Made by a program: the position numbers and the translations under genes. The notes beneath the pieces are model-generated. The model had not been told where the DNA came from. It worked only from the letters and a program-made list of their open reading frames with translations, and searched no databases. Below, in pieces: positions 10,342 through 22,201 of a stretch of 64,000 bases of DNA (position 1 is the first letter of the stretch; each line of letters begins with the position of its first letter). This DNA is from Nitrospirota bacterium. GTDB taxonomy: Bacteria > Nitrospirota > Thermodesulfovibrionia > Thermodesulfovibrionales > JdFR-86. The stretch lies in assembly GCA_963721805.1 (NCBI GenBank), contig CAVRJY010000001.1, positions 1,152,001 to 1,216,000 on the forward strand. The letters are read 5' to 3'.

Positions 10342-12146
10342 TGCCCGATACCTACGACATCGGGAAGATCAGAAACTTCTCGATCATCGCCCACATAGAC
10401 CACGGCAAGTCCACGCTCGCCGACCGCCTGCTTGAGCAGACCGGGGCCCTGACCCACCGTGAGATGTCCGCGCAGGTGCTGGACTCGATGGACCTCGAAC
10501 GCGAGCGCGGCATCACGATCAAGGCCCACTCGGTGCGCCTCAACTATAAGGCCAGGGACGGACAGGACTACGTCTTGAACCTCATCGACACGCCGGGCCA
10601 CGTGGACTTCTCGTACGAGGTCTCGCGCAGCCTCGCGTCGTGCGAGGGCGCGCTGCTGGTCGTGGATGCCGCGCAGGGCGTCGAGGCCCAGAGCCTCGCA
10701 AACGCCTACCTCGCCATAGACAACAACCTCGAGATCGTCCCGGTCATCAACAAGATCGACCTGCCTTCGGCCGAACCCGAGCGCGTCAAGGAGCAGATCA
10801 ACGATACGCTGCCGATTGACGCCAAGGACGCCCTGCTCGTGAGCGCCAAAACAGGGCTCGGCATAGACGAGACGCTCGAGGCGATCGTCCGCCTGCTGCC
10901 TCCGCCCGAGGGCGACTCCTCCAAGCCGCTTAAGGCCATGGTTTTCGATTCGTGGTTTGACAACTACCGCGGGGCGATAATGCTCGTCAGGGTCTTTGAC
11001 GGCGAAGTCAAACAGGGCACGAAGATCCTTCAGATGAGCACCGGCGGCGTATACGAGGTCGACGAGGTAGGGTACTTCACCCCGAAGCCCCTCAGGGCCG
11101 AATCGCTCCGGGCCGGAGAGGTCGGGTACATCACGGCCGGGATCAAGAACGTCCAGGACACGCGCATAGGCGACACGATAACCGAGGCCGAGAGCCCTAC
11201 GACCGAGCCCTGCCCTGGGTACAAGGAGATCAAGCCGATGGTCTTCAGCGGGCTGTACCCGACGGACATGAACCAGTACGCCCCGCTGCGCGACGCGCTC
11301 GAGAAGCTCAGACTGAACGATTCGTCTTTCGTCTACGAGCCGGAGAGCTCCATAGCGCTCGGGTTCGGTTTCAGGTGCGGCTTCCTCGGGCTCCTGCACA
11401 TGGAGATCATCCAAGAAAGGCTCGAGCGCGAGTTCAACCTCTCGCTCATCACCACCACGCCCACCGTCAGCTACCGCGCCACCGATACGAAGGGCGAGGT
11501 CACGATCATCCACAACCCGGCCCAATGGACCGGCAACTACGCCCTGCTCGAGGAGCCTTACGTCAAGATCGTGATCTTCGTGCCGGAGCGCTTCGTCGGC
11601 TCGGTGCTCGAACTCTGCCAGTCGAAGATGGGCGTGCAGAAGGAGTTCACCTACATCGGCAAGGAACGCATCATGGTAGTTTACGAGATGCCCCTGAGCG
11701 AGATCCTCTGGGACTTCTACGATAAGCTCAAGTCGGTCTCGAAGGGCTACGCCTCGATGGACTACGAGCTGGCCGGATACCGCGAGGCGGACCTCCAGAA
11801 GCTGGACATAATGATTAATACCCAGATCGTCGACGCCCTTTCCTTGATTGTCCACCGTGACAAGGCTTATTATAGGGGCAGGCAGATCGTGGACAACCTG
11901 AGGGAATCCATACCCCGTCAGATGTTCGAGATCGCGATACAGGCCTCGATCGGCGGGAAGGTGATCGCGCGCCAGACCGTGAAGGCCATGCGCAAAGACG
12001 TGCTGGCCAAGTGCTACGGCGGCGACATAACCCGCAAGCGCAAGCTCCTCGAGAAGCAGAAGGAAGGCAAGAAGCGCATGAAACAGGTCGGCAGCGTGGA
12101 GCTTCCGCAGGAGGCGTTCCTCTCGGTCTTGAAGACCGGCGAATGA
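10341..12146 (+). CDS. lepA: Elongation factor 4
   Basis: [46 protein letters not shown]. Confidence 0.98.
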   Translation: MPDTYDIGKIRNFSIIAHIDHGKSTLADRLLEQTGALTHREMSAQVLDSMDLERERGITIKAHSVRLNYKARDGQDYVLNLIDTPGHVDFSYEVSRSLASCEGALLVVDAAQGVEAQSLANAYLAIDNNLEIVPVINKIDLPSAEPERVKEQINDTLPIDAKDALLVSAKTGLGIDETLEAIVRLLPPPEGDSSKPLKAMVFDSWFDNYRGAIMLVRVFDGEVKQGTKILQMSTGGVYEVDEVGYFTPKPLRAESLRAGEVGYITAGIKNVQDTRIGDTITEAESPTTEPCPGYKEIKPMVFSGLYPTDMNQYAPLRDALEKLRLNDSSFVYEPESSIALGFGFRCGFLGLLHMEIIQERLEREFNLSLITTTPTVSYRATDTKGEVTIIHNPAQWTGNYALLEEPYVKIVIFVPERFVGSVLELCQSKMGVQKEFTYIGKERIMVVYEMPLSEILWDFYDKLKSVSKGYASMDYELAGYREADLQKLDIMINTQIVDALSLIVHRDKAYYRGRQIVDNLRESIPRQMFEIAIQASIGGKVIARQTVKAMRKDVLAKCYGGDITRKRKLLEKQKEGKKRMKQVGSVELPQEAFLSVLKTGE

Positions 12147-12171
12147 TGGCCCAGGAGCAAGAAGGAGACAG

Positions 12172-12786
12172 ATGAATAAAGAGCGCAAGCGGGTCCTGCT
12201 CGAATACGCCGAGGCGATCGCCACGGCTGTCATCCTCGCGTTGTTCATCAGGGCCTACGTGGTCCAGGCGTTTAAGATCCCCACCGGCTCTATGGTCGCC
12301 ACCCTGCTTCCCGGCGACCACCTGCTCGTAAACAAATTCATCTACGGCACCGACATCCCCTTCACGCACATCGTCATACTCAAGGTCAGGGACCCCAGGC
12401 GCGGCGACGTCATCGTGTTCAAGTACCCCGAGGACCCGTCCCGCGACTTCATCAAGCGCGTGATCGGCGTCGGCGGCGATACGGTAGAGGGGCGCGACAA
12501 GCAGGTCTTCGTAAACGGCCAGCCGCTTGATGAACCGTACGTCCAGCACGCCGACCCGGACATGCACCCGCCGCAGCAGGACAAGCGCGACACCTTCGGC
12601 CCGGTCAAGGTCCCCGATGGCAAGTATTTCATGATGGGCGACAACCGGGACTTCAGCTATGACAGCCGTTTCTGGGGGCCGGTGGACAGGGAGGCAATCC
12701 AGGGCAAGGCTCTGGTAATCTATTGGTCCTGGGACGGACAGGAACACTTCCCGCGTTTCTCGCGGATCGGAAAGGTGGTACATTAG
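12172..12786 (+). CDS. lepB: Signal peptidase I
   Basis: IPTGSM, FIKRVIG, MGDNRDFSYDSRFWG; follows lepA. Confidence 0.96.
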   Translation: MNKERKRVLLEYAEAIATAVILALFIRAYVVQAFKIPTGSMVATLLPGDHLLVNKFIYGTDIPFTHIVILKVRDPRRGDVIVFKYPEDPSRDFIKRVIGVGGDTVEGRDKQVFVNGQPLDEPYVQHADPDMHPPQQDKRDTFGPVKVPDGKYFMMGDNRDFSYDSRFWGPVDREAIQGKALVIYWSWDGQEHFPRFSRIGKVVH

Positions 12787-12788
12787 CC

Positions 12789-13115
12789 ATGAAGTATGCA
12801 TTTAACGTTATCCTCACGCTCGCGATCGTGGGTTCTTTCTTCTATGGCATCTATCTTTTCGGGATGCCGTATTACCGCTATTACGCCTTTGACTCCGCGG
12901 TGCAGGACTCCTCGAAGTTCCACAGTTACAGGGCCGTTGACGTCCAGAAGGACCTCGTCGAAAAGGCGAAGGACCTCGGCCTGCCCCTTGACGAGAACAC
13001 CATAAATGTTTCGGGCAGTTTCGGTAAATACGTGATACAGGCGAAATGGTCTGAGACGGTTGACGTAGTTGGCCTGTACCAGTACGTATACCACTTTGAG
13101 TCACACGCGCCGTAG
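12789..13115 (+). CDS. Small membrane-anchored hypothetical protein (possibly DUF4845-like)
   Basis: N-terminal TM helix; tightly packed between lepB and ribE. Confidence 0.65.
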   Translation: MKYAFNVILTLAIVGSFFYGIYLFGMPYYRYYAFDSAVQDSSKFHSYRAVDVQKDLVEKAKDLGLPLDENTINVSGSFGKYVIQAKWSETVDVVGLYQYVYHFESHAP

Positions 13116-13118
13116 CTG

Positions 13119-13769
13119 ATGTTTACCGGGCTGGTGCATGGGATGGGAGGCGTCGCGGCGCTCCGCAGGCAGGGGCCGGGGGCGGTGCTGCGCGTTGACA
13201 CGAAGGGCCTGATCGGCGAGCCGGCGATAGGCGACAGCATCGCGATAAACGGGGCATGCCTGACCGTGACCCGCATAGAGGGGCAGGTCGTTGACTTCGA
13301 CGTCTCGGCCGAGAGCCTCAAACACACGGTCCTGGGCGACCTCCGCCCCGGCGAGCGCGTGAACGTCGAGCCCTCGCTGAGGGCCTCGGACCGCATGGGC
13401 GGCCATATCGTCAGCGGCCACGTCGACGCTGTAGGCACGATCCGCTCCGCCGCGCGGGAGGGCGACGCCGTGCGGGTTACGATAGACGTCCCGCGCGCAA
13501 TCGCCGCTGAACTCGTGCCCAAGGGCTCGGTCGCGGTAGACGGGATAAGCCTGACCGTGGTGGAAGTGGGCGAGTCGTCATTTACGCTGGTCATCATACC
13601 GCACACCGCGGCCCAGACGACGATCGGCGTCAAGGCGCCGGGCATGCGGGTGAACATAGAGACTGACATCATCGGCAAGTACGTTGCGAAGTATCTGGCC
13701 GCGCATGCCTCAAAGGGCGACAGCGCGCTTACGGATAAATTGAAGCGCTCGGGATTCATGGGCGCATGA
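13119..13769 (+). CDS. ribE: Riboflavin synthase alpha chain
   Basis: MFTGLV N-terminus, GDSIAINGACLTV, GGHIVSGHVD. Confidence 0.95.
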   Translation: MFTGLVHGMGGVAALRRQGPGAVLRVDTKGLIGEPAIGDSIAINGACLTVTRIEGQVVDFDVSAESLKHTVLGDLRPGERVNVEPSLRASDRMGGHIVSGHVDAVGTIRSAAREGDAVRVTIDVPRAIAAELVPKGSVAVDGISLTVVEVGESSFTLVIIPHTAAQTTIGVKAPGMRVNIETDIIGKYVAKYLAAHASKGDSALTDKLKRSGFMGA

Positions 13770-13801
13770 GAAAATAGATCGAAAGGGCGCAAAGGGCTGA
13801 A

Positions 13802-15013
13802 ATGAAGAAATACAAGTTCAACACGATAGAAGAGGCCATCGAGGACATGCGCGAGGGCCGCATGGTCATACTCGTCGACGACGAGGACAGGGAGAACGAG
13901 GGCGACCTCACGATGGCGGCCGAGAAGGTGACGCCCGAGGCGATAAACTTCATGGCCAAGCACGGCCGCGGCCTGATATGCCTCTCGCTCACGCAGGAGC
14001 GCGTGGCCGCGCTCAAGCTCCCGATGATGTCCGAGGACAACACCTCGCAGTTCGGCACCGCCTTCACCGTATCGATTGAGGCCAAGCGCGGCGTCACGAC
14101 CGGCATCTCGGCCGCCGACCGCTCGGTCACTATACAGACCGCTATCCACCCCGACACGCGCCCCGAGGACCTGGCCAAGCCGGGCCACGTATTCCCGCTC
14201 CGGGCCAAGCCCGGCGGGGTGCTCCAGCGCGCGGGACAGACCGAGGGCTCGGTGGACCTCGCAAGGCTTGCCGGGCTCAACCCCGCCGGAGTGATCTGCG
14301 AGATCATGTCCGAGGACGGCACTATGGCCCGTGTGCCCGAGCTTATGGAGTTCGCCAAGACCCACGACCTGAAGATCTGCACCGTAAAGGACCTGATCAC
14401 CTACCGGATGAGCAAGGAGACGCTCGTGCGCCGCGTGGCCGACGTCAGCCTCCCGACCGAGTACGGCGATTTCCGCGCCATAGCCTACACCAGCGACCTC
14501 GACCCCAAAACTCACGTCGCGCTCGTCAAGGGCGAGATCAGGTCCGAGGACGACATTCTCGTACGCGTCCACTCCGAGTGCCTCACCGGCGACGTCTTCG
14601 GCTCGCGCCGCTGCGACTGCGGCGCGCAGCTCCACAAGGCGATGAAGCGGATCGAAAAAGAGGGCAAAGGCGTCATCCTCTACATGCGACAGGAGGGCAG
14701 GGGCATTGGGCTCGAAAACAAGCTCAAGGCCTACGAGCTCCAGGACATGGGCATGGACACCGTAGAGGCCAACATCAAGCTCGGCTTCGAGGCCGACCTG
14801 CGCGACTACGGCATCGGCGCGCAGATACTCGTTAACCTTGGCGTCCGCTCGATGAGGCTCATCACCAACAACCCGCGCAAGATCGTCGGGCTTGAGGGGT
14901 ACGGGCTCAAAGTCGCCGAGCGTGTCTCGATCGAGACCGCGCCGGATGAGAAGAATATAGCCTACCTCAAGACCAAGAAGAAGAAGCTTGGTCACATGCT
15001 GGAAAATGTGTAG
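13802..15013 (+). CDS. ribBA: Bifunctional DHBP synthase / GTP cyclohydrolase II
   Basis: [35 protein letters not shown]. Confidence 0.97.
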   Translation: MKKYKFNTIEEAIEDMREGRMVILVDDEDRENEGDLTMAAEKVTPEAINFMAKHGRGLICLSLTQERVAALKLPMMSEDNTSQFGTAFTVSIEAKRGVTTGISAADRSVTIQTAIHPDTRPEDLAKPGHVFPLRAKPGGVLQRAGQTEGSVDLARLAGLNPAGVICEIMSEDGTMARVPELMEFAKTHDLKICTVKDLITYRMSKETLVRRVADVSLPTEYGDFRAIAYTSDLDPKTHVALVKGEIRSEDDILVRVHSECLTGDVFGSRRCDCGAQLHKAMKRIEKEGKGVILYMRQEGRGIGLENKLKAYELQDMGMDTVEANIKLGFEADLRDYGIGAQILVNLGVRSMRLITNNPRKIVGLEGYGLKVAERVSIETAPDEKNIAYLKTKKKKLGHMLENV

Positions 15014-15030
15014 AGTTTGAAAGCGCTCTT

Positions 15031-15155
15031 GAAAGCGCTCCAAATCGCTTGATACTGCGTCACGTCTCGGAAATCCGTCCTCGATGTACGTCACAGTACA
15101 CCGTCGGACGTTTTCCTCGCCGTTTCCTTGTCTGAAGCCGATTTGGGCGCGCTTT
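15031..15155 (+). repeat. Palindromic repeat element, copy A
   Basis: GAAAGCGCTCCAAATCGCTTGATACTGCGTCA...GTACGTCACAGTACAC...CCTTGTCTGA...GATTT...CGCGCTTT; aligns with copies at 16005-16150, 61471-61594 and 63281-63405. Confidence 0.85.
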
Positions 15156-15442
15156 GCGAAGTACGCGGCCCAGCCGCTGCCTCCGCGCCTCGCGGTCAAC
15201 GGCTTAGTTGAATCTGCCATCGTCGCTTTAGTTATATACATAGCTACCGCGTGCGCGCCCGCGTATTTTTTTAGAGCGTTCAAATGAACAAGCAAAACGC
15301 ACCTTTAACCCTGCGGAAAACTTGCATTTTCTGCGACCTCCCGTGTTCAGGCGTTCAGAAACGTTTTTCACGCTGCCTCCCGGTTTCTGCCTCGCTAATA
15401 TGTCTGCTAAATACTTCATGCGCGATTGTAGAACCAAAGGGC

Positions 15443-15512
15443 GGAACCCGTCCATGGGAACTGGTTCCTGGGAACCAGTTCCATGGAACCGGTTCCTAGG
15501 AGTCGGTTCCGC
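15443..15512. repeat. Five tandem 14-bp units with palindromic consensus GGAACCGGTTCCnn
   Basis: ggaacccgtccatg / ggaactggttcctg / ggaaccagttccat / ggaaccggttccta / ggagtcggttccgc. Confidence 0.85.
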
Positions 15513-15672
15513 TAAGTGGTCAAGCCCAACAGCGGTGCGGGTTTGCGCCTGACCGTAATTAGTTTGTGCACAATCGTCCTATCGCAATTGATATTTAAAT
15601 TGTTGCGGATCGACCTGAGTAGGAGTAAGATTTTTTATGGTATCGATCCATATCTAAAGGAGGACAATTGCT

Positions 15673-15951
15673 ATGGGAGTCGTAGCCAGGTCAAACGAGA
15701 ACCTGAAGAAATGTATCTGTATGAAGTGCCCCAGCTATACGTTCACATGTAAGATGCTGAATATGCCGGGGAATATCATGGCGATGATGGGCGACGTTTC
15801 CAAAAAGATCGAGCTGGAGGCCATGTTTTGTGCGTTTGAAAAAAGCTCATGTATAAAGGAGGAAAAAGGCTGTATCTGCGGGACTTGTGCAGTCCACAAG
15901 GAAAACAAGCTCGAAAAAGGATTTTACTGCATCGCAACCGGCGGAAAATAA
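15673..15951 (+). CDS. Small Cys-rich putative metal-binding protein (DUF2769-like)
   Basis: CICMKCPSY, MFCAFEKSSCI, GCICGTCAVH, FYC; strong AAGGAGG RBS. Confidence 0.8.
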   Translation: MGVVARSNENLKKCICMKCPSYTFTCKMLNMPGNIMAMMGDVSKKIELEAMFCAFEKSSCIKEEKGCICGTCAVHKENKLEKGFYCIATGGK

Positions 15952-16004
15952 GCACTCTCAAAGCCATTTCCTGGGTGTTCCCTGGCCTGGCATGGACAGG
16001 CGTT

Positions 16005-16150
16005 AAATCGCGAGAAATCGCGCCAGACAAGGGGCCAGCTGGCCCTTTCTTCAGGATAGGTGCCCGTGGCACCCGACGGTGTACTGCGACGTACTCCGAG
16101 GGCGCGTCTTTGAATCTCTGACGCAGTATCACGTGATTTGACGCGCTTTG
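16005..16150 (-). repeat. Palindromic repeat element, copy B (inverted relative to A, with extra internal hairpins)
   Basis: Reverse complement CAAAGCGCGTCAAATCACGTGATACTGCGTCA...GTACGTCGCAGTACACCGTCGG...CCTTGTCTGGCGCGATTT. Confidence 0.8.
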
Positions 16151-16172
16151 AAGTCCCACACTTTTAAGATTC

Positions 16173-16181
16173 TGTTATAAT
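16173..16181 (+). promoter_or_regulatory. Extended -10 promoter (TGTTATAAT) 8 nt before the uppP ATG; probably leaderless
   Basis: TGnTATAAT consensus; no SD. Confidence 0.6.
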
Positions 16182-16189
16182 CAACGGTT

Positions 16190-16960
16190 ATGTTAGAAGC
16201 TATTGTATTGGGTATTATCCAGGGGATTACGGAATTTCTGCCGGTTAGCTCCACCGCGCATCTTGTGCTCGTGCCGTGGTTTCTGGGCTGGACCGGGCTG
16301 GTCGATTCGCTCGCGTTCGACGTCGCCCTGCACGCCGGGACCCTTCTGGCTATCCTGATCTGCTTCTGGCGCGATATCGTGGACATCCTCACCCGCCGAA
16401 TGTACCTAGCGGTGCTGATAATCTTCGCGACCATACCGGCCGGTGTGGTCGGCATCACGCTCCAGCACAAGATCGAGCACGAGTTCCGCACGCCGCTGGT
16501 CATAGCCGCGGGGCTGATTATCTTTGCCGTGGTGATGTTCATCGCGGACCGGGGCTTCAAGCGCCGCAACATGAACGATATCGGGTTTGGAAACGCGCTC
16601 TTCATCGGCTGCTGTCAGGCCATCGCGGTCATACCCGGAGTATCGCGCTCCGGCTCAACTATAACCGGCGGCCTGCTTACCGGCCTTCGTCGCGACGAGG
16701 CCGCGAGGTTCTCGTTCCTGCTCTCGATCCCCGTCATCGCCGGCGCGGCCCTGCTTGAGGGCCGCAAGATATTCAAGAGCCCGGAGCAATACGACATGTC
16801 GCTGCTCGCGGCCGGGTTCGTCGCATCCGCTATTACGGGAGTCCTCGCGATAAAGTTCCTGATGGGCTTCCTCAAACGCCACTCGATGAACCTGTTTGTC
16901 GCATACCGCTTCGCGCTCGGCGCGCTGATCCTCGTATGGTGGAAATGGTTCGCCGTGTAA
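16190..16960 (+). CDS. uppP: Undecaprenyl-diphosphatase
   Basis: QGITEFLPVSSTAH, PGVSRSGST, AARFSFLL. Confidence 0.96.
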   Translation: MLEAIVLGIIQGITEFLPVSSTAHLVLVPWFLGWTGLVDSLAFDVALHAGTLLAILICFWRDIVDILTRRMYLAVLIIFATIPAGVVGITLQHKIEHEFRTPLVIAAGLIIFAVVMFIADRGFKRRNMNDIGFGNALFIGCCQAIAVIPGVSRSGSTITGGLLTGLRRDEAARFSFLLSIPVIAGAALLEGRKIFKSPEQYDMSLLAAGFVASAITGVLAIKFLMGFLKRHSMNLFVAYRFALGALILVWWKWFAV

Positions 16961-19047
16961 GTGAGGAGGTCACCGGGGTCTGCGCTATCCTCGGAAGCCT
17001 TTATCTGGGCATCTGCCTCCTGAGCTACGATGCTTGGGACAACGCGTTGTTCGCATACTCCGAGGCCCCGGTGCACAATATGGGCGGTGTCGTCGGCGCA
17101 TACCTGGCCGACGCGATGGCGGGCACGCTCGGCATTGGCGCGGCGGCGATTCCGGTATTCCTGCTCTCATACGGGATCAAGTGCCTGCTAGGCCGCGAAC
17201 ACTTCAAGGTCCATGCGCTCGGGGCCGTGCTCTTCGTTTTTTCGGCCGCGCTGTGGGCCGCGCTGCTCTCCGGCTCCCTCGGCATACAGTATGACATCGG
17301 CGGCATAGTCGGCAGGGTCGCGGGCTCCGCGCTTCAGGCGTCCATTTCTCAGGTCGGCGCGTATATCGTCGCTCTCGCCGGACTCCTGTCCTCGATCATT
17401 ATGCTGAGCCCCGTCTCGCTCATCCATCTGATAATGAACTCGCGCCGCGAGGCCGTACCGGTTAAGGCCAGGCAGGAGGAACTTTTCAGCAAGACCCCCG
17501 AGCCAGCAGAACCCATCGAGTTCGAGGAAGAGAACGAGGAATATGAAATTGTAGTGCCGGATACCACGCCTGTGGCGATGGCAGCCGAGCCGCTTTCGCT
17601 TCCGCTCGATGCATACGAGCCGCTTACGACGCATCGCAAGGTAAAAGAGGGCGGCTACGTGCTCCCGCCGCTGGACTTCCTCAAGCAGTACGAGCCTGCG
17701 CAGCGCGCTACAAAGGAAGAGCTTCAGCAGCGCTCGGCATTATTGGAGGCCAAGCTCGGGGACTTCGGGGTGCAGGGCAAGGTCGTGCAGGTCCATACCG
17801 GCCCGGTCGTTACTATGTACGAGTTCGAGCCCGCGCCCGGCGTGAAGATCAACCGCATCGTCTCGCTCTCGGACGACCTCGCGCTCACGCTCAAGGCGCG
17901 GAGCATCCGCATTTCGACGATGCCGGGCAAGTCCACCATCGGCATCGAGATCCCGAACGACAAGCCCGAGACCGTCTCGCTCCGCGAGATGCTGTCTTCG
18001 GAGCCCTTCAGGCGCGGGGGCTCGATGCTCACATTCGCGCTCGGCAAGGACATATTCGGCAACCCTGTGGTCACCGACCTTCAGCGCATGCCGCACCTAC
18101 TCGTGGCCGGCGCGACTGGCTCGGGCAAGAGCGTCTCGATCAACTCGATGGTGATGAGCCTGCTATACCGCGCCTCCCCTGACGAGGTCAAGATGCTGAT
18201 GATAGACCCCAAGCTCATCGAGCTATCGGTATACGACGGCATACCGCACCTGATCGCCCCTGTCGTGACCAGCCCCAAGGAGGCCACCGAGATGCTCAGG
18301 CGCATGGTCTTCGAGATGGAGCGGCGCTACAGGATGATCGCCGAGAAGGGCGTCCGCAACATCGACAGCTATAACGCCGATGTCCCCGAGGGGGAGCGCC
18401 TGCCTTATATCGTCGTATTCATCGACGAGCTCGCGGACCTGATGTACGCCTCCGCCTCCACGGTCGAGGAATCCATAGCGCGGCTCGCGCAGATGGCCCG
18501 CGCCTCGGGCATACACCTGGTGCTCGCGACGCAGCGCCCATCGGTGGACGTCATCACCGGGCTGATCAAGGCCAACTTCCCGGCGCGCATCGCGTTTCAG
18601 GTGACCTCGCGCATCGACTCTCGCACGATCATCGACACCCAGGGCGCGGAGCACCTGATCGGCCGCGGGGACATGCTCTTCATGCTCCCCGGCACGAAGC
18701 TCGTGCGGCTTCACGGCGCGCTAGTGACCGAGGGCGAGGTCAAGAGCGTCGTGGACTTCGTCAAGGCCCAGGGCAAGCCGGACTACAGCGTGATGGAGGC
18801 TATAGCGGAGGCCGAGCAGGAGGCCGCGGTCGTGGCCGAGGCCGAGGGGGACCGCGACGAGCTATACATCAAGGCCGTGCAGCTAGGCGAGAGCACCGGC
18901 GAGGTCTCGATAAGCTCGATCCAGCGCAGGCTGAAGGTCGGGTATAACCGCGCCGCGCGCATCATGGAGCTGATGGAGGAAGACGGCCTCGTCGGCCCTC
19001 CCAAGGCCGCCGGCAAACCGCGCGATTACCTCGGGCGCAGGATTTAA
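16936..19047 (+). CDS. ftsK: DNA translocase FtsK
   Basis: 4TM N-terminus, PHLLVAGATGSGKS, IDELAD, ATQRPSVDV, gamma domain QRRLKVGYNRAAR. Confidence 0.96.
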   Translation: MVEMVRRVSEEVTGVCAILGSLYLGICLLSYDAWDNALFAYSEAPVHNMGGVVGAYLADAMAGTLGIGAAAIPVFLLSYGIKCLLGREHFKVHALGAVLFVFSAALWAALLSGSLGIQYDIGGIVGRVAGSALQASISQVGAYIVALAGLLSSIIMLSPVSLIHLIMNSRREAVPVKARQEELFSKTPEPAEPIEFEEENEEYEIVVPDTTPVAMAAEPLSLPLDAYEPLTTHRKVKEGGYVLPPLDFLKQYEPAQRATKEELQQRSALLEAKLGDFGVQGKVVQVHTGPVVTMYEFEPAPGVKINRIVSLSDDLALTLKARSIRISTMPGKSTIGIEIPNDKPETVSLREMLSSEPFRRGGSMLTFALGKDIFGNPVVTDLQRMPHLLVAGATGSGKSVSINSMVMSLLYRASPDEVKMLMIDPKLIELSVYDGIPHLIAPVVTSPKEATEMLRRMVFEMERRYRMIAEKGVRNIDSYNADVPEGERLPYIVVFIDELADLMYASASTVEESIARLAQMARASGIHLVLATQRPSVDVITGLIKANFPARIAFQVTSRIDSRTIIDTQGAEHLIGRGDMLFMLPGTKLVRLHGALVTEGEVKSVVDFVKAQGKPDYSVMEAIAEAEQEAAVVAEAEGDRDELYIKAVQLGESTGEVSISSIQRRLKVGYNRAARIMELMEEDGLVGPPKAAGKPRDYLGRRI

Positions 19048-19154
19048 CCGAGCCCAGCTGTATGCCGCCACGGTGCATTTTCCTGCATGTTTGTTTTAAA
19101 ATATCAGACTAAATTCATATGGAGCATTCTGTGAATATACAGAGGGAGGAAGAC

Positions 19155-21597
<2,443 letters not shown>

Positions 21598-21601
21598 AGC
21601 T

Positions 21602-21636
21602 CATTTAAAATTCTCGTTTCCCTTGAATTTTAAATG
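21602..21636. other. Perfect 12-bp inverted repeat CATTTAAAATTC-N11-GAATTTTAAATG after ahcY
   Basis: Directly visible AT-rich hairpin. Confidence 0.6.
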
Positions 21637-21656
21637 GGTAGCGGAAGGGTTAATTC

Positions 21657-21694
21657 AAAGCACCCGTTGGAGCCATCCAACGGGTGCTTTTTTT
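21657..21694 (+). terminator. Rho-independent terminator after ahcY (possibly bidirectional)
   Basis: AAAGCACCCGTTGGA-GCCA-TCCAACGGGTGCTTT followed by a T run, between convergent genes. Confidence 0.85.
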
Positions 21695-22076
21695 ACTTTA
21701 GCGTCGAGAAAATCGGCGGGAGGCGGCGGGGCTTGCCGTCAAGGCCGGTGTGCGCGATGGTCACGACCGCCTCGGCTATCAGGAGGTCGCCCTTGAGGAT
21801 CAGGTGCCGAAGCCTCAGCGACGCAGGCCGGACCTCCTGCACCTCGGTAGTGATATGCAGGATGTCGCCCAGGCGGGCTGGCTTGCGGTAGTCGACCTCG
21901 ACGCGCGCCACGACGTACAGCTCGCCCGCCGCATGGCGCTCCGCGATGTCGAGGCCGTTGGCGGCCAGAAACTCCGTACGCGCGCGCTCGAGGTATCTCA
22001 GGTAATTTCCGTAATAGACCACGCCTCCGGCGTCTGTGTCCTCATAGTAGATCTTGACCTCGAATCTGTGGGGCAT
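21693..22076 (-). CDS. ybgC: YbgC/FadM-family acyl-CoA thioesterase
   Basis: IYYEDTDAGGVVYYGNYLRYLERARTE. Confidence 0.88.
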   Translation of the reverse strand: MPHRFEVKIYYEDTDAGGVVYYGNYLRYLERARTEFLAANGLDIAERHAAGELYVVARVEVDYRKPARLGDILHITTEVQEVRPASLRLRHLILKGDLLIAEAVVTIAHTGLDGKPRRLPPIFSTLK

Positions 22077-22078
22077 GG

Positions 22079-22201
22079 TTATCTCTTCCTCAGTCGCCAC
22101 TCGGGCACAGGCGCGTCGACCGTGTATATCGGGTTTGCCATCGTCCACCAGCCCTCCTGCGGCTTCGAGGTAAACAGGAACTTGCGCCGCGTAGTTCCCA
22201 T
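22079..22201 (-). CDS. Putative 40-aa small protein MGTTRRKFLFTSKPQEGWWTMANPIYTVDAPVPEWRLRKR (not in ORF track)
   Basis: ATG overlaps the pepF stop (TGATG) and the TAA ends 2 nt before the ybgC ATG, filling the gap exactly. Confidence 0.4.
   Translation of the reverse strand: MGTTRRKFLFTSKPQEGWWTMANPIYTVDAPVPEWRLRKR

Noticed and set aside
15017..15040. TTGAAAGCGCTC x2 as a cre/LacI-type operator
   Set aside because: It lies just after the ribBA stop and overlaps the end of repeat copy A; more simply a local duplication of the repeat terminus.
10008..15295. Very long minus-strand ORFs (10008-12248, 12926-15295) and similar ones such as 48500-50005 (+)
   Set aside because: Antisense shadows of well-supported genes, expected with high GC3 codon bias; no recognisable motifs.
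13100..15300. FMN riboswitch near ribE/ribBA
   Set aside because: ribE is operon-internal with a 3-nt gap, and no RFN consensus is seen in nearby intergenic DNA.
15443..15512. Possible CRISPR array
   Set aside because: Units are 14 bp and contiguous with no unique spacers; no cas genes in the window.
19048..19154. SAM riboswitch upstream of metK
   Set aside because: Short AT-rich leader without recognisable SAM-I/II conserved elements.
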